Source of the DNA: a virus
DNA: 64,000 nt
Virus record (IMG/VR): IMGVR_UViG_3300037395_000062
Span: 1-64,000 of that record
Direction: 5' to 3' (one strand)
This document shows positions 27,064 to 37,138 of the stretch, in pieces (position 1 is the first letter of the stretch; each line of letters opens with the position of its first letter). Position numbers and translations under genes: made by a program. The notes under the pieces are model-generated. The model was given only the letters and a program-made list of their open reading frames with translations, did not search any database and had not been told where the DNA came from.

Positions 27064-28773
27064 CTATTGCGTCGCTTGCGGTGTGACGAAACTGGACCAC
27101 ATCTGCTGGGCAACGGTACCGGCGGTTTCCAAACTGTCAAACAACTGAAGCGCCTGACCAGTCCCTGAAGGCAACCCTATCTGGTAGACATTGGATGAAC
27201 CTGCGACGTATTGCCGTCGCGCATTGCCTGTCCATATCGACTGAAGCAGACCGTTCGAACTGGAATCAGCGTAGATCGAAGTTGGCAGACCGCGTACCAG
27301 AGACAGTATCGTGCGTGAATTGCCTCCGAATACGAACCGATGCGTCACGGCCTTGACATAGAAGTCCCATAGGATCCCGTCCTTGAACGGTGCGTAACGG
27401 AATCGGGTTCCGATATAGACACTAGGCGACAGGGGAATCGTCGCTTCGCCGCGCGCCATCAACGGCAGCGGATGCCACCAACTCACGAGTGCGGCAGTCA
27501 ACGTCGCCACCGTCTGGGGAATATCCAAGTTCTGCCTTTGAGACGCCACTCCGTTCCAGTCGTACATCCAACGTGTCACGCCATTGACGGGTTTGTAGCC
27601 ATACCTGTGCACAGATGCCGGATCGGCGGCACCGCCGAATATGAACTGAAACGGAGCGGTGTTGCTTCCATTGTTGCCGTACAGCGTCTGGTAGGCTGAT
27701 GGGTTCAGCATATAGAAGTTGCGTGCCTCGTCGGACGAGAACTCAATATTCGACTGAACGAAACCGTAGTCCTTCAACTGAGTCAACGGCAGCGCGTTCC
27801 AACGTGCCATATCGAGCGTGCCGATCGAAAAACCCGCACCGGTCGACCTAGGAAAATCCAGGCGCGGCACTGGATTTACCCGTGCCACCATCTGCGGTCC
27901 GGCCGGAAGCGCCGCAGGAAACTGCTGCATGGTAAAAACACGTCCCGAAGTTGACACGTTCGGCACGGAGGCGAAGGCCGTACCGTTGGATGCGGTCAAC
28001 GCATAGGTGCCGGAAGGAGCGGTCGTGACGAAGAACTCATACCAGGGCCATGGAAAAATATCCATGAACTTAGCCATCCACGATTCCATGCCAAGGAACT
28101 GCTCGGTGATTGGAATGTAGACGTTGGGGTATTGCTCCAGCGTCTGGGAGACGAGAGTATTAAACGGCAGGCGCGTGCCGCCGCCCTGGTACGGCACGAA
28201 CGTGGTTCCCAGCATGCCGCCGTTACCTGCCATGATCTTGTTAAACCACACCTGTCCAACCGTAACGGGTGATCCGTTTCCGTTCAGACCCTGCGACATC
28301 AAGGATGTTAGGCTGGACGGCAGATAGCCAAGTTGACCGCCGATCCCAGCGGGGGCCACCAATCCGTACATCGCCAGCGAGTACCAGTTTTGAGTGTTGA
28401 AGAACCAAGCGAAGTCAGAACCGACGACTTGTTGCCTTCGGCTCGCGGTCGAACCTTCCTCGCCGGACGTCCACTGATGTGTCTCTCCGGTTGTAGTCGA
28501 AACCCCGTCCATGACGATCGCCGAATCCGCACCTCGCTGCATGCCGATCAGTACGTGCGAACCTGGCGTGATTATCTCAGTCCAGTTCGGTGACGATTCG
28601 GTGCCCTGCGGACCTCCTGGCGCAAGCTCGATCACGAACGTACCGTTGACCCCTCCGGCAACCGATTTCGATACGGTAACCGATTTTATCTGGCCGCCGA
28701 TGATCTGGTAGGGACCGCCTTCGAACGGATAAACTTCGATTCCGCAAGAGACGACGGCGAAGGGTGACGTCAC
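27064..28773 (-). CDS. Baseplate hub protein
   Basis: Follows the tape measure; FYVKAVTHRF..T.LSLVRG. Confidence 0.65.
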   Translation of the reverse strand: MTSPFAVVSCGIEVYPFEGGPYQIIGGQIKSVTVSKSVAGGVNGTFVIELAPGGPQGTESSPNWTEIITPGSHVLIGMQRGADSAIVMDGVSTTTGETHQWTSGEEGSTASRRQQVVGSDFAWFFNTQNWYSLAMYGLVAPAGIGGQLGYLPSSLTSLMSQGLNGNGSPVTVGQVWFNKIMAGNGGMLGTTFVPYQGGGTRLPFNTLVSQTLEQYPNVYIPITEQFLGMESWMAKFMDIFPWPWYEFFVTTAPSGTYALTASNGTAFASVPNVSTSGRVFTMQQFPAALPAGPQMVARVNPVPRLDFPRSTGAGFSIGTLDMARWNALPLTQLKDYGFVQSNIEFSSDEARNFYMLNPSAYQTLYGNNGSNTAPFQFIFGGAADPASVHRYGYKPVNGVTRWMYDWNGVASQRQNLDIPQTVATLTAALVSWWHPLPLMARGEATIPLSPSVYIGTRFRYAPFKDGILWDFYVKAVTHRFVFGGNSRTILSLVRGLPTSIYADSSSNGLLQSIWTGNARRQYVAGSSNVYQIGLPSGTGQALQLFDSLETAGTVAQQMWSSFVTPQATQ

Positions 28774-28789
28774 CTGTTGCTTTCTCCTG

Positions 28790-31210
28790 TCAGTTGGCTG
28801 GAATGTTCCATGGATTGCCGAACGTCGGATTTAATACGCCCATGTCTTTCATCACCTTCGTTGCTCCCGCTGCTGCCACCGCAAGATCGTGCAGTTGCTG
28901 GTTGACCCACGGTATGATTACGTTCATCTCTCCGAACGACACCTCGCTGCCCTTCATCGTACCGGCAAGCGCGTCGGCTTGTGCCTTCAGCGCGTCCGTC
29001 GGCATGTTCGACGGCCCCGAGCCTGCTGCTGCTCCTCCAGCTGACGCAGCGTCGTTCAGCGAAGGTATTCCAACGTCGCGACCTGCATACTGCTGTGAGT
29101 ACGCACGTGCATAGGCGTGCTGCTCGTCAACGTACCGTTGGGGCACGTTGCCTGGTCTAGAGTACTCGTTCCGCATATAGTCAACGCTATCCTCGGCGGA
29201 ACGCGACTGTGCGATATCCTGGCCGGACTGGTAGGCTCCCGAGTCCGCTCCCGGCTGGGTCTGCTCCATTCGCATGAACTCGACGGCTTCGCGGGTCAAC
29301 TGCTCCGGCGACACGCTCGTATCGTCAGGCATATGCCCATATCTCCGCCTGTAGTTCGTCAGTCGCTCACCGCGCAACTGAAGCAATCCGTGCGCGCCTT
29401 GACCGCCGCCCTTCGTGTTCGAGGCGTACGGATTGAACCCTCCGGTCTCGGTGTTCATGTTCGCCAACACGGCCGAGGCGGCGTTGTTATCCAGTCCGGA
29501 TTGACGAAGCTGGTCGTACGCCTTCGTCACTATGTCGCCGCCTGGACCGTTCTGTCCCTGGCTGTACAGTCCTGGTGTCTGACCGTGAATTCCGATCGCC
29601 AACCCTTTCATGTAGCCGGGCAGTTGATTGATAAACGGGTTGTTGGTTAGCAGTTCCTGTTCGGCCTGCGGGTTGCCTCCGATGACGCCTCCCCCTCCAC
29701 CGACTATCTCACGCAGGTACGACGCAGCAGCCCATCTGTTACCTGCCTTCTGCGCGTCGAAATAGCTTTGCAGCAGTCCGTGACCAACCGGATTGGCGTC
29801 AAATTTCTCAAAGTATCCCGGCTGCGCCTTGTTCAGGAACCCGCGAAGCGAATCGCGCGTTGTAAGTTTTCCCGTAGCGTCACCGTATATCATAGTTCGC
29901 AGAGGGTCCTGGCCAACCGTAGCGTTAGCTGCCTGATATCTTTGCGCGGCGTCCAGCCCAGCCTCTCCCGTCCGTCCTCCTGGCAGATCGGTGTAGCGCG
30001 TGATAAACGCGCCAAGGCCCTCGAGGCTTGCACCGATACCGCCACCGTTCCGGACGGAAGAACCGATCGCGATGTCGATCGACTTCAAAATAGATGCGCG
30101 ATCGAGACCTTGCTCGACCGCCATCGTCATTATCGGCGCCATCTGCTGGAAGTACGTCTGCACACCGTCCGCGTTGCCGCCAACGAAACCGTAGCGTGCG
30201 GACTGGCCTATGGAATCCTCGACGTTCAATCCACTGAACGCGGGAAGAAACTTCGCGCCACCGATCGCTTTTATAAGGTCAGTGCTGTCGCCCACACTGC
30301 GCTGGGATATCCCGAAGTTGGATTGTATGCGTAACGCTTCCGTCGGACCCAATCCAAGCCGCTCCATCCATTCCGGAGGCTTGTAGCCATCGTACAGCGA
30401 ATTCATCAGCCCCTTGCCGCTGAATCCACCAGCACGGCCCATGGCATACGAATCGTATGTCAGGTTACGGTAGGGGGCGGCGTTTCCGAGCGCACTACCC
30501 TCCAGGCCTCCGAGTCTCTGCGGTGCGAAGAACAGCTCCTCCGCCGCAGCTGCGGCCGTAGCCGCGCCGACGGCACCCGTCAGAAGCCTAGACGTGGATC
30601 CCAGACCGACGAATCCCGCACCAGGGATATGAAATCCACCGCCGCCACCCCCACCGCCGCCTGGACTACCGCCACCACCACCACCACCACCCCCACCAGG
30701 CGGCGGTGGTGGTGGTTGGTTGCGCTGACGCTGCAGAAAGGCAGGCGGTGTCGGCCAGCCCTGCGGCGGCATGGGTATGCCTGCGACCGGCGCACCTCCG
30801 CCACCGCCTGGACCACCACCACCTCCGAATCCTGGCCAGCCCTGCGAGAACGACGCGCCCGAAAGGCGAGCGCTGATCCGGTGATCGACGGAATCGATAT
30901 CGCGCAGGAACCCGAGCACGGAACCGATCGGCGCGCCGGCGTTCGGTGTGCTCAACGCCCGGATGAAATCGCTCGCCACGCCGCTGCCGCTGCCGCTGCC
31001 GCCGAATCCCGTTCCGGTGCCTCGCATCGATGCGGCGGCGACGCTGCTTGCGTTGGCGGCGTGCTGCATCTGCCAGGACGACATGAGCGAAGACGCGCCG
31101 CCCGCCGTCACGCCGCCGACCGCGCCGGATTCGACGCCCTGAAGCTGGGCCAGGTTGAGCCCCGTCAGGTTCGCCGGCTGGGCCTGCCCTGACAGCCTGA
31201 TCTCAACCAA
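28790..31210 (-). CDS. Tape measure protein with phage tail lysozyme domain
   Basis: Position; AAS.VLANMNTETGGFNP..GAHGLLQ lysozyme motif. Confidence 0.75.
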   Translation of the reverse strand: MVEIRLSGQAQPANLTGLNLAQLQGVESGAVGGVTAGGASSLMSSWQMQHAANASSVAAASMRGTGTGFGGSGSGSGVASDFIRALSTPNAGAPIGSVLGFLRDIDSVDHRISARLSGASFSQGWPGFGGGGGPGGGGGAPVAGIPMPPQGWPTPPAFLQRQRNQPPPPPPGGGGGGGGGGSPGGGGGGGGGFHIPGAGFVGLGSTSRLLTGAVGAATAAAAAEELFFAPQRLGGLEGSALGNAAPYRNLTYDSYAMGRAGGFSGKGLMNSLYDGYKPPEWMERLGLGPTEALRIQSNFGISQRSVGDSTDLIKAIGGAKFLPAFSGLNVEDSIGQSARYGFVGGNADGVQTYFQQMAPIMTMAVEQGLDRASILKSIDIAIGSSVRNGGGIGASLEGLGAFITRYTDLPGGRTGEAGLDAAQRYQAANATVGQDPLRTMIYGDATGKLTTRDSLRGFLNKAQPGYFEKFDANPVGHGLLQSYFDAQKAGNRWAAASYLREIVGGGGGVIGGNPQAEQELLTNNPFINQLPGYMKGLAIGIHGQTPGLYSQGQNGPGGDIVTKAYDQLRQSGLDNNAASAVLANMNTETGGFNPYASNTKGGGQGAHGLLQLRGERLTNYRRRYGHMPDDTSVSPEQLTREAVEFMRMEQTQPGADSGAYQSGQDIAQSRSAEDSVDYMRNEYSRPGNVPQRYVDEQHAYARAYSQQYAGRDVGIPSLNDAASAGGAAAGSGPSNMPTDALKAQADALAGTMKGSEVSFGEMNVIIPWVNQQLHDLAVAAAGATKVMKDMGVLNPTFGNPWNIPAN

Positions 31211-31596
31211 CCGGAACCGCCTTTCCGCCTTTGCTCAGCCCCATCACCATACCACCGGATTTGGCGTTCTTGCGTTTTTTGTACTCGTCCAGGCGCCGCT
31301 GCGCTGCCGTCGATCCGCGCTTCGCCAGCCATTCGCGCCGCGCATCACCGGTCAGCGAGTTGAACCACGCGGCCGACGATTCCGGGGACACCGCGTCCGT
31401 ACCGAAACGCCTGAAGGTGAACCGTTCCGGTTCATCCTTCGCACCCATCTCCAAGATGAAGTCGATCTCGGCCGGCGTGTGCTCGGTCAGCGGCTTGCCG
31501 AACGGACCGCCCGCCGCGTGTGAGCCAAGGATCCTACTGGCTACCCACAGCTTGCTCGCCAATACGTGGCTTAGGGGGATCCCCTCTCTTTCGAAA
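31203..31596 (-). CDS. Tail assembly chaperone extension (probable frameshift product)
   Basis: +1 frame overlapping the chaperone end; no convincing start of its own. Confidence 0.45.
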
Positions 31597-31953
31597 TCGG
31601 TCCACCTGCTTGTCGAACTCGGTGCGGATCCGCCAGACCGTGTCCTCGTACTCGAACGGGAACTGGGTGAAGTCCACGATCGGTTTTCCGTCCGGACCGG
31701 GAGAGAAACACCACGTCTGGTCGGACCGCACGAGGTACAGTTCGAGGATCGCGAAGCTCGTCGCCATCTCGACCGTCGTCCGGTCGACACCGAAATCGAT
31801 CGGCAGTACGCCGCCGCTCTGCGGGAACGCGCGCCGCCGCACGTCGGCCGCCTTGAATCCCAGTTCGATCAGGTATCTGATGGTGGGTTTCCGGAACGTG
31901 TACGTGCCTTCGTCGACGACGATATCGAACTCGGGAGACAGCGGATCGGCCAC
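31534..31953 (-). CDS. Tail assembly chaperone
   Basis: Lies between tube and tape measure; YTFRKPTI motif. Confidence 0.6.
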   Translation of the reverse strand: MADPLSPEFDIVVDEGTYTFRKPTIRYLIELGFKAADVRRRAFPQSGGVLPIDFGVDRTTVEMATSFAILELYLVRSDQTWCFSPGPDGKPIVDFTQFPFEYEDTVWRIRTEFDKQVDRFRKRGDPPKPRIGEQAVGSQ

Positions 31954-32003
31954 GGGTGAAACCTCGCGATGCTAACGTAACCGCAACTATGCCGCGTTCC
32001 GTG

Positions 32004-32534
32004 CTACCCAGTCAAGCCCAGGGTTCCTGCCGCGGTGCCGGCCGATGCGACGGCGGTCGCGATGCTCAGCGCATTCTCGCCGGTGTTGACGATACTTTCG
32101 CCGGCGCTGTTCAGCACGTTCATCGCCATGAACGAGTACGTGTCGCGTATCGGCGCGTTCGTCGGGATCGATTCGGCGAAGTTCTGGCACTTGGCGCCGA
32201 CGTAGGTGAACTTCACGGTGTTCGTCAGGCCGTCGTAGATATGGATATCGAACTGGTTTCCCGCGAGCAGGTAGCGGATGTCGTTGCCTCCCTGCAGGGC
32301 GTTCACCCCCTGCGTCGTCAGGGCGAAGGAATCGAGCGATATCTGCGGCGACACCCGCAACTGCTGCACCTCCTGCGGCAGCGCGGAACCGATCCCGTAC
32401 AGCTGCTCCGCGCCGAACGGAAACTGGTGCCCGGACGTCTGGGCGAAGAACACGATCTGATCGCCAAGCCATATCTCGACCTGGTTGCCGTTCGCGACGT
32501 TGTTCGCGACCTGCTGCGGATTGAAGCCTGGCAT
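32004..32534 (-). CDS. Tail tube protein
   Basis: Immediately downstream of the sheath; YGIGSALPQE. Confidence 0.75.
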   Translation of the reverse strand: MPGFNPQQVANNVANGNQVEIWLGDQIVFFAQTSGHQFPFGAEQLYGIGSALPQEVQQLRVSPQISLDSFALTTQGVNALQGGNDIRYLLAGNQFDIHIYDGLTNTVKFTYVGAKCQNFAESIPTNAPIRDTYSFMAMNVLNSAGESIVNTGENALSIATAVASAGTAAGTLGLTG

Positions 32535-32544
32535 GTCCGGAATC

Positions 32545-34341
32545 CTACGAGCTTACGATCGAAAACGACAAAGGCTGCACGGACGAGTAGCAGGTGATGT
32601 AGCGGTTCTGGCCGACCAACTGCACGCTGACCGTGATCGACGCCAACTGCTGCGTGCCGCTGTAGTTCAACACCAGCGACGCCGTATTCCAGGCCGACAG
32701 CACGCCGTTGCTGGAGCCGCCCGTGTATATCAGCGAGTTCAACAGCGACTTCAGCGCGTTGAGTATGGCGGTCTCGGTGGCTGGGGTCGCTATCGTGCCG
32801 ACGTACTGCCGCAGCACGCTGGTGACCGAATAGGCTAGCCAGTACCGGCACGCCACCTGCTGCGACGACGTGTTCTCGACGTTGTCGTCGACCTGCCAGC
32901 AGGTCATATCCGACAGGATCGTCGGTGGCCCGTTCTGCTGCGTTGTCTGCCAGATCGCCATCACGCCGGCGTTCTGCAGCGTCTCCAACTGAGACGCGGT
33001 CAATTGCGCCCCGGCGTTCGCACCCTCTACCCCGTCTCCGTTCAATACCTTGTTGGTCAGCGGTTCGGCGACGATGTTGCCAGCCGCGATCGCCGCCGCG
33101 GCCGCGGCCACGTACAGGCCACCGTAGAGTTGGCTCTGCCCCGTCTGCGTGTTCGTCGCGTAGATGCCGGGATAGGCGTAGGCCATCTGCAGCGAATCGA
33201 GGTTCGTCGCGTTGGTCACCGTCGTGGCGACGGTATCGCCGATCGACGATCCGGTGAATCCCCTGCGCCACATTCCGTAGGGCGGCCCCGAAGCGGTCTC
33301 GCAGTGCTGCGCCAGCAGCGCCTGCACCGCGATGGCGTTACTGTCGCAGAACACCGTCCAGGCCGGGACGGACAACGCCGCGATCAGCCCCGACGCATAT
33401 CCACTGTTCACCGGCGGCACGCCGGTGGCTCCGGTAAAGAACGTCGGCGATCCCGTCGCCGGCAACCCTGCGAACCCTACCGCCGCACCGGCACCCGATA
33501 CGGCCGTCACCAACGAAGACGCGAACTGATTGACCCAGAACACCAGGTCGTTCTGGAACGCCGTGGGATAGGTGTAAACAGTAGGAGTACCCGACGCGAC
33601 GGCACCACCGCTATCGTCCATCAGGAGCGAGGGCAGTTGACCGCCCGTCGACGAAACCCCAACCGCGACCCAGTGGCCTGTCCCATTGATCGCTTCGATG
33701 AGCGATCCGACTGTGGCGAAGCCACCGGAACCGATGAACAGATTAACGGTTTCGCCCGCAATCGGACTGTTCAGGTTCATCACGCCGCTGGCGGGATGAA
33801 TGGCGTATGCAGCGCCTGAACTGGTGCCCGTGTAGCCGATACCGAACGGTATGCCTAGCCCGCTGCCGACCAACTGCACGCCCGCATAGTTGTCGGTTAT
33901 CGTCAGGTCGCGACCGTTCGTGGATTGTCCTGCCGCGTAGCTGGTCTGGTACGTCAATTGGTTCGACGGTGGCCCGTAGAGCACCGACGTAAGCGTCGCG
34001 TAGACCGAATTTCCGCCGGACGTGAGCAGTGCCGCGAACGACTGCGTGTTGCTGCTCACGTCGATGAAGGTGATCTGCTGCGCGCCGTTCAACTGCGGCG
34101 ACGGGTTGGCGATGAACGGGATGTAGTTCGCCACCGGCGCCCCGCGCACGGCGGCGGCGAAATCGGTCGGACTCGCGTACGTGACCGGCACCTGCGGCTT
34201 GGGTCCCCAGCCATAACCGAGAACCAGCATGGGTGGCGTGACAGGAGGCGTGTTCGGCAGCGACGGCTGCACGTTGTCGGCATAGTATGCGCCCGGCAGT
34301 CCAATGAAGGTGCCAGCGAAAGTGATTCCCTGCTGCGGCAT
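32545..34341 (-). CDS. Tail sheath protein
   Basis: LPGAYY, EPLTNK, sheath-type C-terminus. Confidence 0.85.
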   Translation of the reverse strand: MPQQGITFAGTFIGLPGAYYADNVQPSLPNTPPVTPPMLVLGYGWGPKPQVPVTYASPTDFAAAVRGAPVANYIPFIANPSPQLNGAQQITFIDVSSNTQSFAALLTSGGNSVYATLTSVLYGPPSNQLTYQTSYAAGQSTNGRDLTITDNYAGVQLVGSGLGIPFGIGYTGTSSGAAYAIHPASGVMNLNSPIAGETVNLFIGSGGFATVGSLIEAINGTGHWVAVGVSSTGGQLPSLLMDDSGGAVASGTPTVYTYPTAFQNDLVFWVNQFASSLVTAVSGAGAAVGFAGLPATGSPTFFTGATGVPPVNSGYASGLIAALSVPAWTVFCDSNAIAVQALLAQHCETASGPPYGMWRRGFTGSSIGDTVATTVTNATNLDSLQMAYAYPGIYATNTQTGQSQLYGGLYVAAAAAAIAAGNIVAEPLTNKVLNGDGVEGANAGAQLTASQLETLQNAGVMAIWQTTQQNGPPTILSDMTCWQVDDNVENTSSQQVACRYWLAYSVTSVLRQYVGTIATPATETAILNALKSLLNSLIYTGGSSNGVLSAWNTASLVLNYSGTQQLASITVSVQLVGQNRYITCYSSVQPLSFSIVSS

Positions 34342-34342
34342 C

Positions 34343-34663
34343 TTAGGTCACTCCAGGCATGCCGGGATACGCCGGTTGCGATCCGTACGCCGCGATCAGC
34401 GCGCTCCACTCGGTCGGCGTGTGCTTCTCGCCTCCGTGGTTGATCTTCAGCAGCTTCAGCCATATCTCGTCGCCATGGCCGTACGTCACGGTCATCACGA
34501 CGCGTCCCTTGAACGTGACGGGTGCGCCGTTGCGTAGCATCGGCACGCGACGCGGCCGCAAGGTGGCCGCGAACACGCCGAACGCGATCGGCAGTTCGGC
34601 CGGTGCCGAATCCGGTACTGGCGCGGATCGCATCCCGTCGGGAGCGAGTGCATCCTCATCCAT
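34343..34663 (-). CDS. Hypothetical protein
   Basis: ORF just upstream of the sheath. Confidence 0.5.
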   Translation of the reverse strand: MDEDALAPDGMRSAPVPDSAPAELPIAFGVFAATLRPRRVPMLRNGAPVTFKGRVVMTVTYGHGDEIWLKLLKINHGGEKHTPTEWSALIAAYGSQPAYPGMPGVT

Positions 34664-34718
34664 GCAGCGAAAAACCTCCGGCTCGACGCATAAAAATAGC
34701 CCCTAATCCAGGGACCAC

Positions 34719-35567
34719 CTATGCCGTCGTCGGTATCTGGATTTCGTCCACCACGTTGCCCCCGGACGACGAGACCGCCACGTTGATGTGCTCGATCAGG
34801 CCGAATCCGGTCAGCATCGTGACGCTGAAATCACCTTCCAAGGTCAGCATGGCGTCCGCCCAGTAAAAGCCAGGCGCCTGCCCGGTCCACTCGTCTCCGG
34901 TAGTTCCCGAGGTCGCCTGGAAGTCGTGCCTGATGTTCTGCGCGATGCGGCTGAACAGCACCGCCTTCAAGGCCCGAAACGCGATCAGGACCGTATCGCG
35001 GTAGAAGTCGCGCTCGTCCGCACTCGGACTGATCACGCTGATCCGCCATACCCGCCGGCTCCAGCCGGGCAAGGTCCACAGGTTCTGCGCATCGGGGTTC
35101 ATCACGTCCTGCCCGATCGCCGTATCGCGATCCTGGAACAGCTCGAGATTGACGACGATGAACGGCATCGCGGCGAATCCGGCCGCTGGCATCTTCGTCG
35201 TCACCTGCACGGGGCTTACCGTCACGCCGGATGGGCGCGGCGCGTTGTTCGTCGCGGCCTGCAGCAGGCGGATGATCAGCGTCGTCAACGCGTCCGGCAC
35301 CGTGACGATGAACCCGGCCGGCGTAACCGGCCCGATCTCCGTCGTACCCGTGGAATCGATCGCCTGCCATTCGTAGGGCAGCGTGGCATCCAGCGGTTCC
35401 GACGAGAAGGATGGTCCGTCGCCCACGTCGCACCAGTAAGGCAATGGCGGCCCCTGGTATATCTGGACGAAAGCGCCCCCCGATACCGAGCGCGACAGGG
35501 TCATGTCGACCACGCCGGACGGCGGCGCGAAGTTCCCGTCGTCGGCGCCGTAGAAACCGAGCAGCAC
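34719..35567 (-). CDS. Tail terminator/completion-like protein
   Basis: Position in the neck cluster. Confidence 0.5.
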   Translation of the reverse strand: MLLGFYGADDGNFAPPSGVVDMTLSRSVSGGAFVQIYQGPPLPYWCDVGDGPSFSSEPLDATLPYEWQAIDSTGTTEIGPVTPAGFIVTVPDALTTLIIRLLQAATNNAPRPSGVTVSPVQVTTKMPAAGFAAMPFIVVNLELFQDRDTAIGQDVMNPDAQNLWTLPGWSRRVWRISVISPSADERDFYRDTVLIAFRALKAVLFSRIAQNIRHDFQATSGTTGDEWTGQAPGFYWADAMLTLEGDFSVTMLTGFGLIEHINVAVSSSGGNVVDEIQIPTTA

Positions 35568-35616
35568 GCCGCCGCCCGTGGGAAGTGGCGTAAGGGTTAC
35601 GGGCGGGCCGCTCAGG

Positions 35617-36150
35617 TCAACCTCCCGTCGCCATGCGCCTGGCCATCGCGGCCAGGGTCAGCGCCGGCGAGTAGGCCGGCATCGGCGGAATGATCCAGGA
35701 ATCCGGCGACGAGTTGGGACCGAATGAGGCGAACTCACTGCCCGATCGTTGGCGCACTTCCGCCCACATAGACGGCCGCAGTCCGGGCGGTCCGGCACCG
35801 ACCCGGCGCAGCGACGTACCTGGCGTGGTGCCGATCGGCCGGTGCATCGGGATGGCACGACCGGACAGCGCGCCGACGGTCTTCATGTCGAAGCTGCGAT
35901 GTCCGGTCTCCAGAATCGCCGCCTCGGGTGCGACGCCCTCGTCGGCGACGATCGCCACCGTCGATTCGTCCACCTGCCGCAGACTCAGGCTACCCGCATA
36001 TTTCCCGCTCGGGTAGTGGATTTTCTTGCCGTTCAGTGAGGTCTCGCCCAGCGCGAACGACAGCCACATCAGGAAGATCTCGACGCCGATCGCGCTCACG
36101 GCCTCCGGCGGGAGATTCGTCCGCACGACATAGGTGTAGCCTAGCGCCAT
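35617..36150 (-). CDS. Neck/tail completion protein
   Basis: LETG..SFDMK, NSSPDSWIIP motifs. Confidence 0.55.
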   Translation of the reverse strand: MALGYTYVVRTNLPPEAVSAIGVEIFLMWLSFALGETSLNGKKIHYPSGKYAGSLSLRQVDESTVAIVADEGVAPEAAILETGHRSFDMKTVGALSGRAIPMHRPIGTTPGTSLRRVGAGPPGLRPSMWAEVRQRSGSEFASFGPNSSPDSWIIPPMPAYSPALTLAAMARRMATGG

Positions 36151-36259
36151 TTCGCTTGACTCCGACGCGCCAGCGCGGCATGTTTGCGGCACGGCTTCGG
36201 CCGCTCGCGTCCTCGGGCGCCTTGGAGGTGGCTTCGGCCACCCCCGGTTGATTTCATGT

Positions 36260-37138
36260 TCATGACCCAGCCACCGCGCGACCGACCATCGGCGTGAACG
36301 GCGATACCGTGCCCGCCAACTGCACGCTGCCGGGCGCCTGCGGCTGGATCCCGCGCTGCCTCGTCCAGAAGTCCAATGCCTGCAGCCGGAACCGCCTGGG
36401 CTCGGTCACCGTGCCGCCGCCCAGCGGGCGAACGTGCGGCAAGCCGCCTGCGCCGCGGAACGCGACGTAGAACGGTGCGGCCTGAAACTCGACCATGTAG
36501 TTCGTGCCGGGCGGATAGCCGCCGATCGTCACCGTAGCACCCGACACGGCGTACTGCGCCACCTGATCGACGTCGCCTGTCGTCGGATCCCATACCGTCA
36601 CCGCATCCTGCGGCGCCACGCGAAGGTTCTGCTGGAACGGCAGGTTCTCCTTCGTGCCTGATTGCAGCACCGCCGTGTACCGCGACTGCATGTCCACCGC
36701 GACGAAGCCGTCGTCGGTGCTTGCGTTCGTCCACGCATCCGTCGGCTGTCCCGGATCGTCCACCGCGAGGGTCGGGTTCATGAACGGAATCGTCATCGAC
36801 GGCTCCGAGGTCTGGAACACGCCGTAAGATTCGTTCATCTTCACGCCGGGTTCGTCCGGCGTCGGGCTCATGTGCATGTATTCGATATACGCCCGGAACG
36901 GCATGGACGGCGCATCCCAGTAGACGCCCAATCCGAGGCACCTCGTGCAGCTACGCTGCGGGGCGCCGATCTGCGGCAGCCGTCCGTTCGCGCCGCCACC
37001 AGCGTAGACGCACGGGCACCCGTGCGAGCGCATCCAGGAAACCCGCTGGCCGTGCGTCGCGATCAAGGCGTCGAAGTTCTGCGACGCCAGGCCCCTGGCG
37101 GTGCTGGTCAGCGCGGGAAACGGGATCACGGGGAGCAT
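36260..37138 (-). CDS. Head closure-like protein
   Basis: V.W.RS..CPC and C.RCLGLG motifs seen in large-myovirus neck proteins. Confidence 0.6.
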   Translation of the reverse strand: MLPVIPFPALTSTARGLASQNFDALIATHGQRVSWMRSHGCPCVYAGGGANGRLPQIGAPQRSCTRCLGLGVYWDAPSMPFRAYIEYMHMSPTPDEPGVKMNESYGVFQTSEPSMTIPFMNPTLAVDDPGQPTDAWTNASTDDGFVAVDMQSRYTAVLQSGTKENLPFQQNLRVAPQDAVTVWDPTTGDVDQVAQYAVSGATVTIGGYPPGTNYMVEFQAAPFYVAFRGAGGLPHVRPLGGGTVTEPRRFRLQALDFWTRQRGIQPQAPGSVQLAGTVSPFTPMVGRAVAGS

